Of a stretch of 64,000 nt of DNA, positions 12,401-19,835 are shown in pieces. The number at the start of each line of letters is the position of its first letter. Position 1 is the first letter of the stretch. The position numbers were made by a program, and so were the translations under genes. Source of the stretch: a virus (taxonomy: Duplodnaviria > Caudoviricetes); IMG/VR virus record IMGVR_UViG_3300014057_000005, positions 32,001 through 96,000 of that record; one strand, written 5' to 3'. The notes below the pieces were generated by a model. That model was not told where the DNA came from and did no database searches. It was given only the letters and a program-made list of their open reading frames with translations.

Positions 12401-12619
12401 GGAGAGGAAAGCAATGCTTTAACGCTTGTTCTAGACAACGACAAGATCTCGTTCTGGCGCAATGGAGTTGAATTCTCTTATTGGGACGGCTCAGACAATT
12501 CGTTCCACGTCGGAGATATTATTGTAGACGTAAATCAGGTGGCGCGATTCGGCAGCTTCGGTCTGGTTCCGCTTGAGGGTGGCGATCTGGCTTGGAAATG
12601 GCTTGGTGGTTCGACATAA
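6473..12619 (+). CDS. Host-specificity / tail fibre protein with collagen-like linkers, repeated beta modules and a carbohydrate-binding-like variable domain
   Basis: ATG at 6473 after AAAGGAGG; GDKGDTG linkers; repeated EYY..S.T.P..W..KYLW modules; GGRNLL...KLEKGNIATGWTPAPED-bounded domain; C-terminal YFRFTADGLEIG. Confidence 0.85.
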   Translation: MATKAVGQITVFDYSDGYSVMLTNPSYTFIGDEDSVRGVQSVTTRVVAMQGASQINASVDTSQIIKPTGFTVTSNGATPSPTLTIQANQSVTDAGVLTIPVTVATGVTVSLQWSYSIAFTGGKGDTGDAGRGVTGTTVQYAPGTLPTTPPSSGWDDTVPSVDEGKYLWVKTVFTYSSGDPVTTYSVAKQGEKGSTGNGISSTVVEYAESTSGVTPPTTIASWGSDIPNVAQGNYLWTRTTTNYTGSNPTVSYSVARIGMDGEPATTYSLIVSHAAIVKSASGTFSPTSITLTAKSQTGTNAYANYSGRFKIEVYNGSSWSTKYTSSSNENTKSYTIPSGTTQVRCSLYLAGGTTTLLDQQTVPVVSDGTSVTITSKSVKYQKGTSGTTAPTGTWGDSIPSNIGENEYLWTQTIVNYSDGNSTEAYSVSRNAANGFSPTVSSTTVEYVESTSGTAHPTSGWSTTPPTTMTAGRYMWTKTTVTYDDGNTSESYAVSRNGSNGGDAYTVILDNESHTFAGGTSAAIAGTATVNVYAYKGTTAIAPAVTKANISGLPTGMSVQSVTNDSTNKKSTIVFAVTTSMVTRSGMVTIPVTADSKTFNKEFSYSLALQGTKGDKGDTGKSLTGITEYYARNNSTTAPADSAFNTSVLTPTASEKYVWNYEQLSWNDNGTTSTTKTTKHIIAVYGDKGETGDKGNTGKSLTNVTEYYAVNNSTTAPADSSFSTTVAAPTSSNKYLWNYELLTWDDNGTTSTTKTDKHIAAVYGDKGDKGDTGKALTGITEYYALNNSTTAPADSSFSTTVKTPTASNKYVWNYEQLSWNDNGTTSTTKTTKHIVAVYGDKGDQGDKGNTGKALTGITEYYAINNSTTVPADSAFDTSVKAPTSSNKYLWNYELLAWNDNGTTSTTKTDKHIAAIYGDKGDKGDTGVSISSVTNYYLATSASSGVTTSTSGWTTTVQTMDSTKQYLWNYEVIKGSNNSTLNTTTPVIIGRYGQNGGKGDKGDTGRGITSIAEHYQVSSSNTTAPSSWSDTMVNTTATNKYLWNYETITYTDGTTEDSTKRVIGTHGEKGDTGASIASVTNYYLASASSSGVTTSTSGWTTNPTASAATMTSTKQYLWNYEVIKDSNNTTITTTSPVIIGRYGQNGGTGSAGKGITGITEYYLATSASSGVTTSTSGWTTAVQSTTATNKYLWNYEAISYTSGNPYTSDPRIIGTYGDKGNKGDKGDKGDKGDKGDRGATWYAGTGITGTSTTATTFSGSGVASAIVGDHYLNTSTQNVYRCTVAGAASTAKWVYEQNIKGARGTQGVKGDTGDTCYFHIKYSNDGGATFTGNSGEDAGSYIGTYSDNTEADSTSVSSYKWVKIEGDDGTSVTVSSIKYAVSTTESQPADSAFTYNSVPTVAEGRWLWTLTTYSNGSKAYTKAKQGQKGNAGTSVTVSSIKYAVTTTESQPADSAFTYNSVPTVAEGSWLWTLTTFSNGSKIYSKAKQGKAGTNGTTFTPSVDASGNISWTNDGGKTNPTAVNIKGPQGDKGDKGVGVTSITKTGTSGTVDTYTIKYTDNTSTTFTVTNGTNGTNGTSAEWFYGTALTHTSGTATATISGAKVGDMYLNTATSNVYKCTAKNVWTYAGNIADGVIDNISIGGRNLLGRTANPVVPEMVDGSANATFGTIATYNTHDITFNIERFDDASNAIVWTDSSTGNRGIAWYTGVGIVAKGETVTFSCMAKSSVATTIHTHTAWRKGSKTARYDGWTSAGSKSIAANIWTKYEYTFQSASAFDEGEFLVALCFSGVSTGATFSIAQAKLEKGNIATGWTPAPEDVQADIEAVQEAADEAQATADRKKQTFISTPTTPYYVGDTYFVNGKLLVCRTERLTGSYTADDWSEDLGYASSDTVATLEASTKTELDTIRSEASANYTSLSDSLDKIQASFNTQVEQTSEDFSIRINGLLESLTSLANDTSTKFAEYSKYFRFTADGLEIGEESNALTLVLDNDKISFWRNGVEFSYWDGSDNSFHVGDIIVDVNQVARFGSFGLVPLEGGDLAWKWLGGST
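8300..9250 (+). repeat. Four tandem ~230-bp (75-78 aa) repeats in the tail fibre
   Basis: GDKG(D/N)TGK(S/A)LT..TEYYA.NNSTT.PADS.F...WNYE.L.W.DNGTTSTTKT.KHI.A.YG repeated four times with synonymous divergence. Confidence 0.9.
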
Positions 12620-12633
12620 GGAGGTGAGATTAC

Positions 12634-14817
12634 ATGGCATTATCAGGTTCCGTAACAACTACCGGAGGGTATGATGGTCGCAATCTCACCCTCTCGTGGA
12701 CTGCTACACAAAACATAGATACCAATAAGTCAACCGTTAGCTGGACATTAAGTAACAGTGGCGGTGATGCAAGTTGGTATGCGATGCGTCATCTTATCGT
12801 AACCATTGATGGCACGACTGTTTATACTCGAGACGCACGGTATGAGCAGTACGCAGGCACGATCTCTTCCGGCAGCATCACACTGAGTCATGACAGTAAT
12901 GGTCAAAAGTCGTTCGCCGTAACGATTCAGGCTGCGGTCTACAATTCGGCAGTAAATGCCAGAGCAAACAAGACCTTTACGCTCGACCGGATCTACCGTA
13001 CAAGCACGCTGTCTTCCGACAACTTCACAATGGGGACAGCCGGGACGATCACGGTCACGCAGGCAAATACTGCCTATACGCACACCGTAACGTACAGTTT
13101 CGGCTCGAAGACCGGCACAATCGTAGAGAAATCTTCTGCGACCTCGCTCTCGTTCACGCCGCCGACCTCTCTGGCAAGCGAGGTTCCGAACACAACTTCT
13201 GGAACGCTGACGCTGACCTGTGAGACCTTCAACGGCACGACAAGTCTGGGGACAACGAGCATAACCAAAACTCTGACCGTTCCAGATTCGATCAAACCGA
13301 CAGTTAGCTCGGCTACGTATGCAAACACGAACAACTCTCTGGGCGTGTATGCGGCTACGCTTTCCGCAATCAAAATGACGGCGATTTCCGCCACGGCAGG
13401 CACAGGAGCGACGATCCAGTCTTATTCAACGACGTTTAACGGTCAGACCTACAACGGAACGTCCTTCACAACAGCAATTCCCGCGACATCAGGATCGTAT
13501 AATCTTGTAATAACGGTTACAGATAGTCGTGGACGGACAGGGACCAAGACATACACGATCGCGTATGCTGCTTATTCTGCTCCCACTTTATCGTTTACTG
13601 CGGTTAGGACTAATGCTTCTGGAAACGCGGACGATACCGGGGCGTACATGAAATTCACCATGACCGGCACAGCGTGTTCTGTCAAGTCGGGCTCTACTGA
13701 GAAGAACAGTGCGACCGGCAAGATCGAATACCGCAAGGTCGGGGGCAGCACATGGACAACGCTGAATGCTACGGCTTCCGGTCTTAATGCGACTTATTCC
13801 GGTGTGGTGGCAGCGGCTGCTTCCGATGCTTATGAAGTGATCGCATCAGTGACGGACAAAGCCGGAACAACAACGGTCAAGAACGTAACCGTTTCCAGTG
13901 CATCTTATCCGATGACTTTCTATCGCGGCGGCAAGGGTGTCGCGTTCGGAAGAGTAGCGAATAAAAACGGCTTCGTTTGCGAGATGGACGCGGAATTTAC
14001 TGGCGGGTTTAAGGCGAATGGGGTGAGGTTGCTGGGAGGAACGACAACTATTGCCAATGGCACAAACCTCAACACGCTCACCACACTCGGAGAATACGTT
14101 GTTTATGATGCGGGCGCAAAGACTTGTACAAACACGCCTTGGGGAACGGCAGCTTCAAATAATGCACAAGCGTTTCGCCTTACTGTTGAGCGGTCGCTTC
14201 GCAGTGGGGATTCTGTCTATCTCCGGCAGACATTATTCCCATATAACAATGCCAATGGGTACAAACGATGGTCAACGAATTCCGGTTCTACATGGACTGG
14301 CTGGTACTTGATACAAGCAGACCTCGGAAGAAAAGCTGACCTCGCTTCCCCTACCTTCACCGGCACTCCGAAAGCGCCAACAGCGGCATCCGGCACAAAC
14401 ACCACGCAGATTGCGACTACAGCGTTTGTGCAAGCGGCGTTGCTCCAAAATGTTCTTACTACAACGGCACTGGAAGCATCGACTTCATGCATCACTTCAG
14501 CGCAATCGAGCAGTTCTAATCGTGTTAGTAACTTCAAAGGCGGGTTTATCCGGATTGGTGACTTAGTGTTTGTCAGCTTCTACTGTAAGGCATTGATGAA
14601 CTTGGCGGAAGCTGATTACTGGACGATTGCCAGAGGCTTCCCGAAAGCGTGGGCAACCACCGCACTTTCTGCATCGTTTTTCAAGACAAAGGGCGCAATG
14701 AACGGCTATATCAATACGGACGGCGAACTGCTTATCACGCTTGATTCCTACAGTGTGGCAACGGGCGAATATATTTGTGTCAGCGGTTTTTACATTGCAA
14801 AACCAGTGACAACGTAA
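12634..14817 (+). CDS. DUF859-like siphovirus minor tail/fibre protein with C-terminal knob
   Basis: LTLSWTATQNIDTNKSTVSW start; TLTVPDSIKPT; KGVAFGRVA; ASPTFTGTPKAPTA..TNTTQIATTAFV motif. Confidence 0.75.
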   Translation: MALSGSVTTTGGYDGRNLTLSWTATQNIDTNKSTVSWTLSNSGGDASWYAMRHLIVTIDGTTVYTRDARYEQYAGTISSGSITLSHDSNGQKSFAVTIQAAVYNSAVNARANKTFTLDRIYRTSTLSSDNFTMGTAGTITVTQANTAYTHTVTYSFGSKTGTIVEKSSATSLSFTPPTSLASEVPNTTSGTLTLTCETFNGTTSLGTTSITKTLTVPDSIKPTVSSATYANTNNSLGVYAATLSAIKMTAISATAGTGATIQSYSTTFNGQTYNGTSFTTAIPATSGSYNLVITVTDSRGRTGTKTYTIAYAAYSAPTLSFTAVRTNASGNADDTGAYMKFTMTGTACSVKSGSTEKNSATGKIEYRKVGGSTWTTLNATASGLNATYSGVVAAAASDAYEVIASVTDKAGTTTVKNVTVSSASYPMTFYRGGKGVAFGRVANKNGFVCEMDAEFTGGFKANGVRLLGGTTTIANGTNLNTLTTLGEYVVYDAGAKTCTNTPWGTAASNNAQAFRLTVERSLRSGDSVYLRQTLFPYNNANGYKRWSTNSGSTWTGWYLIQADLGRKADLASPTFTGTPKAPTAASGTNTTQIATTAFVQAALLQNVLTTTALEASTSCITSAQSSSSNRVSNFKGGFIRIGDLVFVSFYCKALMNLAEADYWTIARGFPKAWATTALSASFFKTKGAMNGYINTDGELLITLDSYSVATGEYICVSGFYIAKPVTT

Positions 14818-14829
14818 AAGGAGAACAGG

Positions 14830-15093
14830 ATGATTACAAGATATTTCAAAGTAATTGAGAGTGGGAAGATCGTCTCGGTCGGCATGGGAACAGGTGGAAC
14901 GGAAATCGACCACGAAGAATATGCAGACATTGTGGCTGCAATCGGCGCACTCCCAAAACCAAATGACGATTGGATTTATTCTCTCAACGAGGACTTGACG
15001 GTTAGCCGTGAGGTTAACCCGAATCCGGCAACGATGGATGAAAACGACAGATACGCCTACGCAGGCAGGATCTTACTGGGGGTGGAAGAATGA
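14830..15093 (+). CDS. Small tail-fibre-associated protein
   Basis: AAGGAG RBS; C-terminal YAYAGRILLG resembles that of 18879..19115. Confidence 0.6.
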   Translation: MITRYFKVIESGKIVSVGMGTGGTEIDHEEYADIVAAIGALPKPNDDWIYSLNEDLTVSREVNPNPATMDENDRYAYAGRILLGVEE

Positions 15094-15704
15094 GCGACAT
15101 TGTAGAAAGAGCAAGAGAGCTTCGCAGAACAATTGAGGGGCTTGCCGAAGAACATCTTACGGACACGGAAGGGCTTGAAAACGTGGAACTGTTCCCGTGG
15201 TACGAAGTAGGCGTGGACTACGCGGTAGGCGATCGCTTCCAGTACGACGGCGAACTATACAAGGTCTTGCAGGCGCACACCTCACAGCAGAGTTGGGTGC
15301 CGGGGACTGGTACAGAATCACTCTACATTAGAGTAGACGATATTCATGCGGGAACGGCAGATGATCCGATCCCGTACAACGGCAACATGGAACTTGTCGA
15401 AAACCTGTACTACACACAGGGCGGCGTACTCTACAGATGTACCAGAAGCACCGGGACGGCGGTCTACAACGCCCTGTCTGAACTGGTCGGGCTTTATGTC
15501 GAAGTGGTCACAAGCGGCACGGAAGAGCCGACAGAACCGGAAGAGCCGACAGGCGATGAGGTTGCAGAGTGGGTGCAGCCGGACAGCACGAATCCCTACA
15601 TGACGGGGGACAGGGTTCTGCACAACGGCTCGACTTGGGAATCGACTGTTGATAACAACGTCTGGGAACCGGGCGTATACGGCTGGGCAGAAGCCACCGA
15701 ATAA
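15090..15704 (+). CDS. CBM5/12-like carbohydrate-binding virion accessory protein
   Basis: YAVGDRFQYDGELYKVLQAHTSQQSWVP and YMTGDRVLHNGSTWESTVDNNVWEPG modules. Confidence 0.75.
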   Translation: MSDIVERARELRRTIEGLAEEHLTDTEGLENVELFPWYEVGVDYAVGDRFQYDGELYKVLQAHTSQQSWVPGTGTESLYIRVDDIHAGTADDPIPYNGNMELVENLYYTQGGVLYRCTRSTGTAVYNALSELVGLYVEVVTSGTEEPTEPEEPTGDEVAEWVQPDSTNPYMTGDRVLHNGSTWESTVDNNVWEPGVYGWAEATE

Positions 15705-15722
15705 ACGAAAGGGGACGGTCTT

Positions 15723-16052
15723 ATGAGTTATTCCGTTGATGGGACGAAGATCACCATGACACGGGGCGATACCGTCAGGATTCAAGTGGCTATCGACATT
15801 GATGGCGAAGAGTACACGCCACAGGAAGGGGATGTAGTTCGTTTCGCGGCAAAAAAGGCGTGGACGGACGACGAACCGTGTGTTTACGTTGACATCCCGA
15901 ACGATACGCTTGTTCTGACGATTAGCCCAGAAGATACAAAACAGCTTGAATTTGGCGCGTATAACTACGACCTACAGATTACTTTCGCCAATGGCGACGT
16001 AGCAACTTTCGTGACCAAGGCGAAGCTAAAAATCGAAGAAGAAGCTGATTAA
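15723..16052 (+). CDS. BppU-like baseplate protein
   Basis: ITMTRGDT...ISPEDTKQL.FG.Y.YDLQI motif. Confidence 0.6.
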   Translation: MSYSVDGTKITMTRGDTVRIQVAIDIDGEEYTPQEGDVVRFAAKKAWTDDEPCVYVDIPNDTLVLTISPEDTKQLEFGAYNYDLQITFANGDVATFVTKAKLKIEEEAD

Positions 16053-16063
16053 GGAGGGTCGTT

Positions 16064-16339
16064 ATGACAACGAGAGTAGACGTCTCCATATCTCCGGGTG
16101 ATGCGGTTTTATCCGGCACGGTTACAAGGAACGGGACGCTTACGGCATCGCTTAATCGAAATGGCAGAACAATAGGCGGATCTGTCGCTCCCGGTTCAAG
16201 CGGTGCAGGCACATCAGATTATGAACGGCTAAGAAACAAGCCGCAAATCGAATCTGTGGAACTTATAGGAAACAAATCATTTGAGGAACTTGGCCTTGAG
16301 CCGATCACAAGTGATGAACTGATTGACATTCTTTATTGA
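16064..16339 (+). CDS. Hypothetical virion-associated protein
   Basis: AGGAGGG RBS; DYERLRNKPQIESVELIGNKSFEELG motif. Confidence 0.65.
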   Translation: MTTRVDVSISPGDAVLSGTVTRNGTLTASLNRNGRTIGGSVAPGSSGAGTSDYERLRNKPQIESVELIGNKSFEELGLEPITSDELIDILY

Positions 16340-16347
16340 GGTGTGAA

Positions 16348-16906
16348 ATGGCAAAAAAAATATCTTGATAAAACTGGTCTGGCTCTTGTCTGGGAGAAAA
16401 TCAAAAACGATCTGTCGGGGAAGGTGGACAAGGTAGACGGCAAGGGGCTTTCCAGTAACGACTACACATCGACAGAAAAGACGAAACTGGCGAACGTGGC
16501 ATCTGGCGCACAGGTCAACGTTCTGGAAGGGATTCAGAAGAACGGCGATACTGTTCAGATCGTAAACAAGATTGCAAATATTTCTGTTCCGACAAAGACT
16601 TCTGATATCACCAACGATTCCGGCTTTATTACAACGTCCGATGTGAGCACGGCAATTGCTACGGCTGTTGCGGGTATTACCTCCTTCGAATATGAGGTTG
16701 TCCAGTCCCTTCCGGCAGAGGGCGAAGCAGGCGTGATCTATCTTGTGGCCCATTCTCACGGCGCGGGCGATTCCTATGATGAGTATATCTGGGTGAGCAA
16801 CGCGTTTGAGAAAATCGGCAATACGGATATTGACTTGTCTGGCTACGTTCTCAGTTCTGACCTTGTGGCAATCACGAGCACAGAGATCAATACCATCTGC
16901 GTGTAA
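16348..16906 (+). CDS. Head/tail fibre-like protein, apparently out of frame at an A8 run just after its ATG
   Basis: RBS GAGGTG then ATG at 16348; MAKKYLDKTGL requires A7 but A8 is present; body KVDKVDGKGLSSNDYT...YDEYIWV..FEKIGNT. Confidence 0.65.
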
Positions 16907-16920
16907 AGGGGGTGGCTTAG

Positions 16921-17109
16921 TTGGCTACCAACTATTTAGATAAAACTGGTCTGGGGACGCTGTGGGGGAAGATTAAAGCACTTGTCCCACAGCCAGAGGA
17001 CGATGAGAACGTGCTGAACCTTCTCACGGAATTTGGCTATTCAACTGCCGTCGAAGATGCTGACGGATATGTGATTACAGACGTGGACGATAATATTATC
17101 CTTGGCTAA
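16921..17109 (+). CDS. Small protein paralogous to the N-terminus of the preceding gene
   Basis: YLDKTGL..LW.KIK shared motif. Confidence 0.65.
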   Translation: MATNYLDKTGLGTLWGKIKALVPQPEDDENVLNLLTEFGYSTAVEDADGYVITDVDDNIILG

Positions 17110-17127
17110 TCAAAGGAGGTTTTTATA

Positions 17128-17310
17128 ATGGCAGATTTAACTACAAAAACACTAAATGAACTGGATACGGTCGATTCCGTAGCCAGTACAGACCATGTGC
17201 TGATTGAAAGCGGTGGTCGAATGAAACGCGCAGACAGTTCGCTTGTGGGCGGTGCATCATATGTGCTTTACGCAAGTGATTTTAAGGCTTCGGATATCAT
17301 CCTTGGTTAA
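17128..17310 (+). CDS. Truncated duplicate of the next gene
   Basis: First ~53 aa nearly identical to 17329..17772; ends in DIILG like 16921..17109. Confidence 0.6.
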   Translation: MADLTTKTLNELDTVDSVASTDHVLIESGGRMKRADSSLVGGASYVLYASDFKASDIILG

Positions 17311-17328
17311 TAAAAGGAGAGTTTTATT

Positions 17329-17772
17329 ATGGCAGATTTAACAACAAAAACATTAAATGAGCTGGATACGGTTGAGTCTGTAACCAGTACAGACCATGTG
17401 CTGATTGAAAGCGGTGGTCGAATGAAACGCGCAGACAGTTCGCTTGTGGGCGGCGCAGCCTATGTGCTTTATACAAGCGATTTTAAAGAAGAAAACCATG
17501 CGGGCGGTATAATGGCTTGTCATAATACAACTATTTATAACGGATTACTCAGAGCGATCGATGAAGGCCGGCCCGTGCTAATTATGGATAGCGATGCTGG
17601 TGATGTTAGTTATGTGCCTAACATCCATGTGTTTTCGGATGCGGCAATCGGTTTGAGAAGTTATTATGCGTCTCTTCTTGTTACTCCTTCTGATGGTTAT
17701 TCTTCATCGGATCTCTATATACTCCGCGCAATATCACTCCTACTGAACAGTATATGCATACAGTATAAATAA
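17329..17772 (+). CDS. Hypothetical virion accessory protein
   Basis: AAAGGAG RBS, 147 aa. Confidence 0.6.
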   Translation: MADLTTKTLNELDTVESVTSTDHVLIESGGRMKRADSSLVGGAAYVLYTSDFKEENHAGGIMACHNTTIYNGLLRAIDEGRPVLIMDSDAGDVSYVPNIHVFSDAAIGLRSYYASLLVTPSDGYSSSDLYILRAISLLLNSICIQYK

Positions 17773-17788
17773 GAAAGGACAGCAGTAA

Positions 17789-18109
17789 ATGTCAATAACA
17801 AAATATTTGAATTTATCCCATCTGAGAAAGCTGTTGTCCGCGTTGGGTCAAAGGTTCTACGCTATTGAACAACGACAAGATAACTTACAGTCTCAGATGG
17901 AAAACTTCGCAATTCCAACCAAAGTTTCAGACCTCAACAATGACGCAGGTTATATGACGCAGAGTCAGGTCAATACTCTTATCACTACTATGGGTGACGC
18001 GGACACAACCTACAGCATTTCCATGTCCGGCAACGTAATCACGCTGACGGGTTCTGACGGAAACAGCACAACTGTTACGCTTCCGGTCTACACAGGGGGT
18101 GTGGTATGA
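17789..18109 (+). CDS. Hypothetical fibre-like protein
   Basis: IPTKVSDLNNDAGY and DTTYSISMSGNVITLTGSDG motifs. Confidence 0.6.
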   Translation: MSITKYLNLSHLRKLLSALGQRFYAIEQRQDNLQSQMENFAIPTKVSDLNNDAGYMTQSQVNTLITTMGDADTTYSISMSGNVITLTGSDGNSTTVTLPVYTGGVV

Positions 18110-18882
18110 GTACAACCGTAACATATGAGGGCAGTACGATTGCCACGGTAAAAAACAACACAAAGACACTTCAGACCGCTGGAAAGTATTTGACGGATGA
18201 TATTACGCTCACGGATACTTCCCAGAGTGGGGGAGATCCCGCAGAGGATATTAAGAAATATGCAGACGGAACTCTCACTGAAATCGATTTAACAGGTGTC
18301 ACGTCTGTTGTCGAAAGAGCGTTTAGTTACAGGCAAAACGGAAATGAACTACGCATAAATGCGCCAGATCTAACCACAGTTGAGCAGTATGCGTTTTGGC
18401 AATCTACCAAAATTACTTCTGGGTACTTCCCGAAGGTTACAACAATCAAAAAACAAGGGTTTTACTATACCAGCTTTGTTAAAGTTGCTTTTCCAAGCCT
18501 TACGACATTTTATGGGATGAACAACTTGACTTCTAATAGATCGTTAATTGCGATAGACTTAGGGCAAGTATCTAGTCTTATTTATCAATGTCTGTATGGT
18601 TGCTCTAAGCTTACAACGATTGTATTGCGGAAATCCAACGCCATAACGACTATGGCAAATGTCAATGCTCTAAACGGCACACCCTTTGCGTCTGGTGGTT
18701 CTGGCGGCACAATTTACATTCCGAAGGTTCTTTATGATGAACTTGGAACAGGCTCTTCACTTGATTACAAAGCTGCAACGAACTGGTCTACACTGGACAG
18801 CTATGGAACAATTACATGGGCGCAGATTGAAGGAAGTTATTATGAAACCCATTATGCAGACGATACAGAGGTGACCACATGA
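18106..18882 (+). CDS. BspA-type leucine-rich-repeat (LRR_5) protein, putative adhesin
   Basis: Repeats VTSVVERAF, LTTVEQYAF, VTTIKKQGF; IYIPK..Y..YKAATNW cap. Confidence 0.7.
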   Translation: MSTTVTYEGSTIATVKNNTKTLQTAGKYLTDDITLTDTSQSGGDPAEDIKKYADGTLTEIDLTGVTSVVERAFSYRQNGNELRINAPDLTTVEQYAFWQSTKITSGYFPKVTTIKKQGFYYTSFVKVAFPSLTTFYGMNNLTSNRSLIAIDLGQVSSLIYQCLYGCSKLTTIVLRKSNAITTMANVNALNGTPFASGGSGGTIYIPKVLYDELGTGSSLDYKAATNWSTLDSYGTITWAQIEGSYYETHYADDTEVTT

Positions 18883-19115
18883 TTAAAACCGAACATCTCA
18901 CAATCAACGGCAGAGCCTTCGTTCGAACGTATTCCGATAGTAACCGTTATGTAGTTCGCGATGGTGTAGCTTATGCGGAAGCATACGATCCGGCAGAATT
19001 TGGACGAGTGTATACCGAAGGTGATGTTATGGAAGATGATGTCACAGATGAGGACTACGCGGAAGCTGGGAAGATCTTGATGGGGAAGGATGGATCAGGC
19101 TACCACAGAGCGTGA
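18879..19115 (+). CDS. Small protein coupled to the LRR gene
   Basis: ATGA overlap; FVRTYSD...YAEAYDP...YTE motif. Confidence 0.65.
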   Translation: MIKTEHLTINGRAFVRTYSDSNRYVVRDGVAYAEAYDPAEFGRVYTEGDVMEDDVTDEDYAEAGKILMGKDGSGYHRA

Positions 19116-19214
19116 GCGTGAGGCAATTAGACACTGTATGGAATCGATGTAAGTTTAACCGGGCTGTCTCTCTGTTTTACGGGGAGATAGCCCTCTCCTA
19201 GTGAGGGTATACCA

Positions 19215-19610
19215 ATGGACATTTTTCAGACCTTTATTGCCGCGCTCTTTGGTGGCGGTTTAATTGCATTTATCGAGTTCTTAATTAGAAGACACGATGA
19301 GCGTGGCGACAAAAATAGCGCCATACTTAAGGCGATTGACAGCCTTGGCAAAGAGATTGATAAGCTCGGTTATAAACTAGACGAGCGCGAAGCCATTCTT
19401 GCAAGATCACACATTTTAAAGTTTAATGACGAATTATACTGCGGCATAGAACATACGCGTGAGTATTTCGACCAGATTCTTGACGATATCACTGACTATA
19501 ATCAATATTGTGAAAATCATCCAACGTTCAAAAATGAGCGCACGGTAATGGCGACTCAGCACATCCGCGATACTTATAGATTGCTCGAAGAAAAGCATAA
19601 GTTTTTATAA
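19215..19610 (+). CDS. Single-TM lysis-module protein (holin-like)
   Basis: N-terminal hydrophobic helix then coiled coil; ILKFNDEL..YNQYC..HP.FKN motif; upstream of holin. Confidence 0.55.
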   Translation: MDIFQTFIAALFGGGLIAFIEFLIRRHDERGDKNSAILKAIDSLGKEIDKLGYKLDEREAILARSHILKFNDELYCGIEHTREYFDQILDDITDYNQYCENHPTFKNERTVMATQHIRDTYRLLEEKHKFL

Positions 19611-19625
19611 TAGGAGGTGACTACT

Positions 19626-19835
19626 ATGAGATTGAGCGATTCTGTTTATGATATTCTGAAATGGGTTGTTATGCTAGCTCTCCCGGCGATTGCAACTTTG
19701 GTTGGCTCTCTCGGCGTGATTTGGGGACTCCCCTACGCGGATTCTATCCAGAACACCATCGTTGCGGTCAATGCTGCTCTGGCTATGATGCTTGGTATCA
19801 GCACCGTAAACTACCAGAAGGAAAAACAGCAATGA
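19626..19835 (+). CDS. Holin (Dp-1-like)
   Basis: YDILKWVVMLALPAIATL, two TM helices, LGIST.NY; GGAGGTGA RBS; overlaps the lysin start. Confidence 0.85.
   Translation: MRLSDSVYDILKWVVMLALPAIATLVGSLGVIWGLPYADSIQNTIVAVNAALAMMLGISTVNYQKEKQQ

Noticed and set aside
6473-19115. Diversity-generating retroelement acting on tail or adhesin genes
   Set aside because: No reverse transcriptase in the window, and repeat copies differ mainly at synonymous sites rather than specifically at adenines.
19661-19831. N-terminal extension of the listed 680-aa lysin ORF
   Set aside because: It overlaps the holin in another frame; the GH25 domain starts at ATG 19832.
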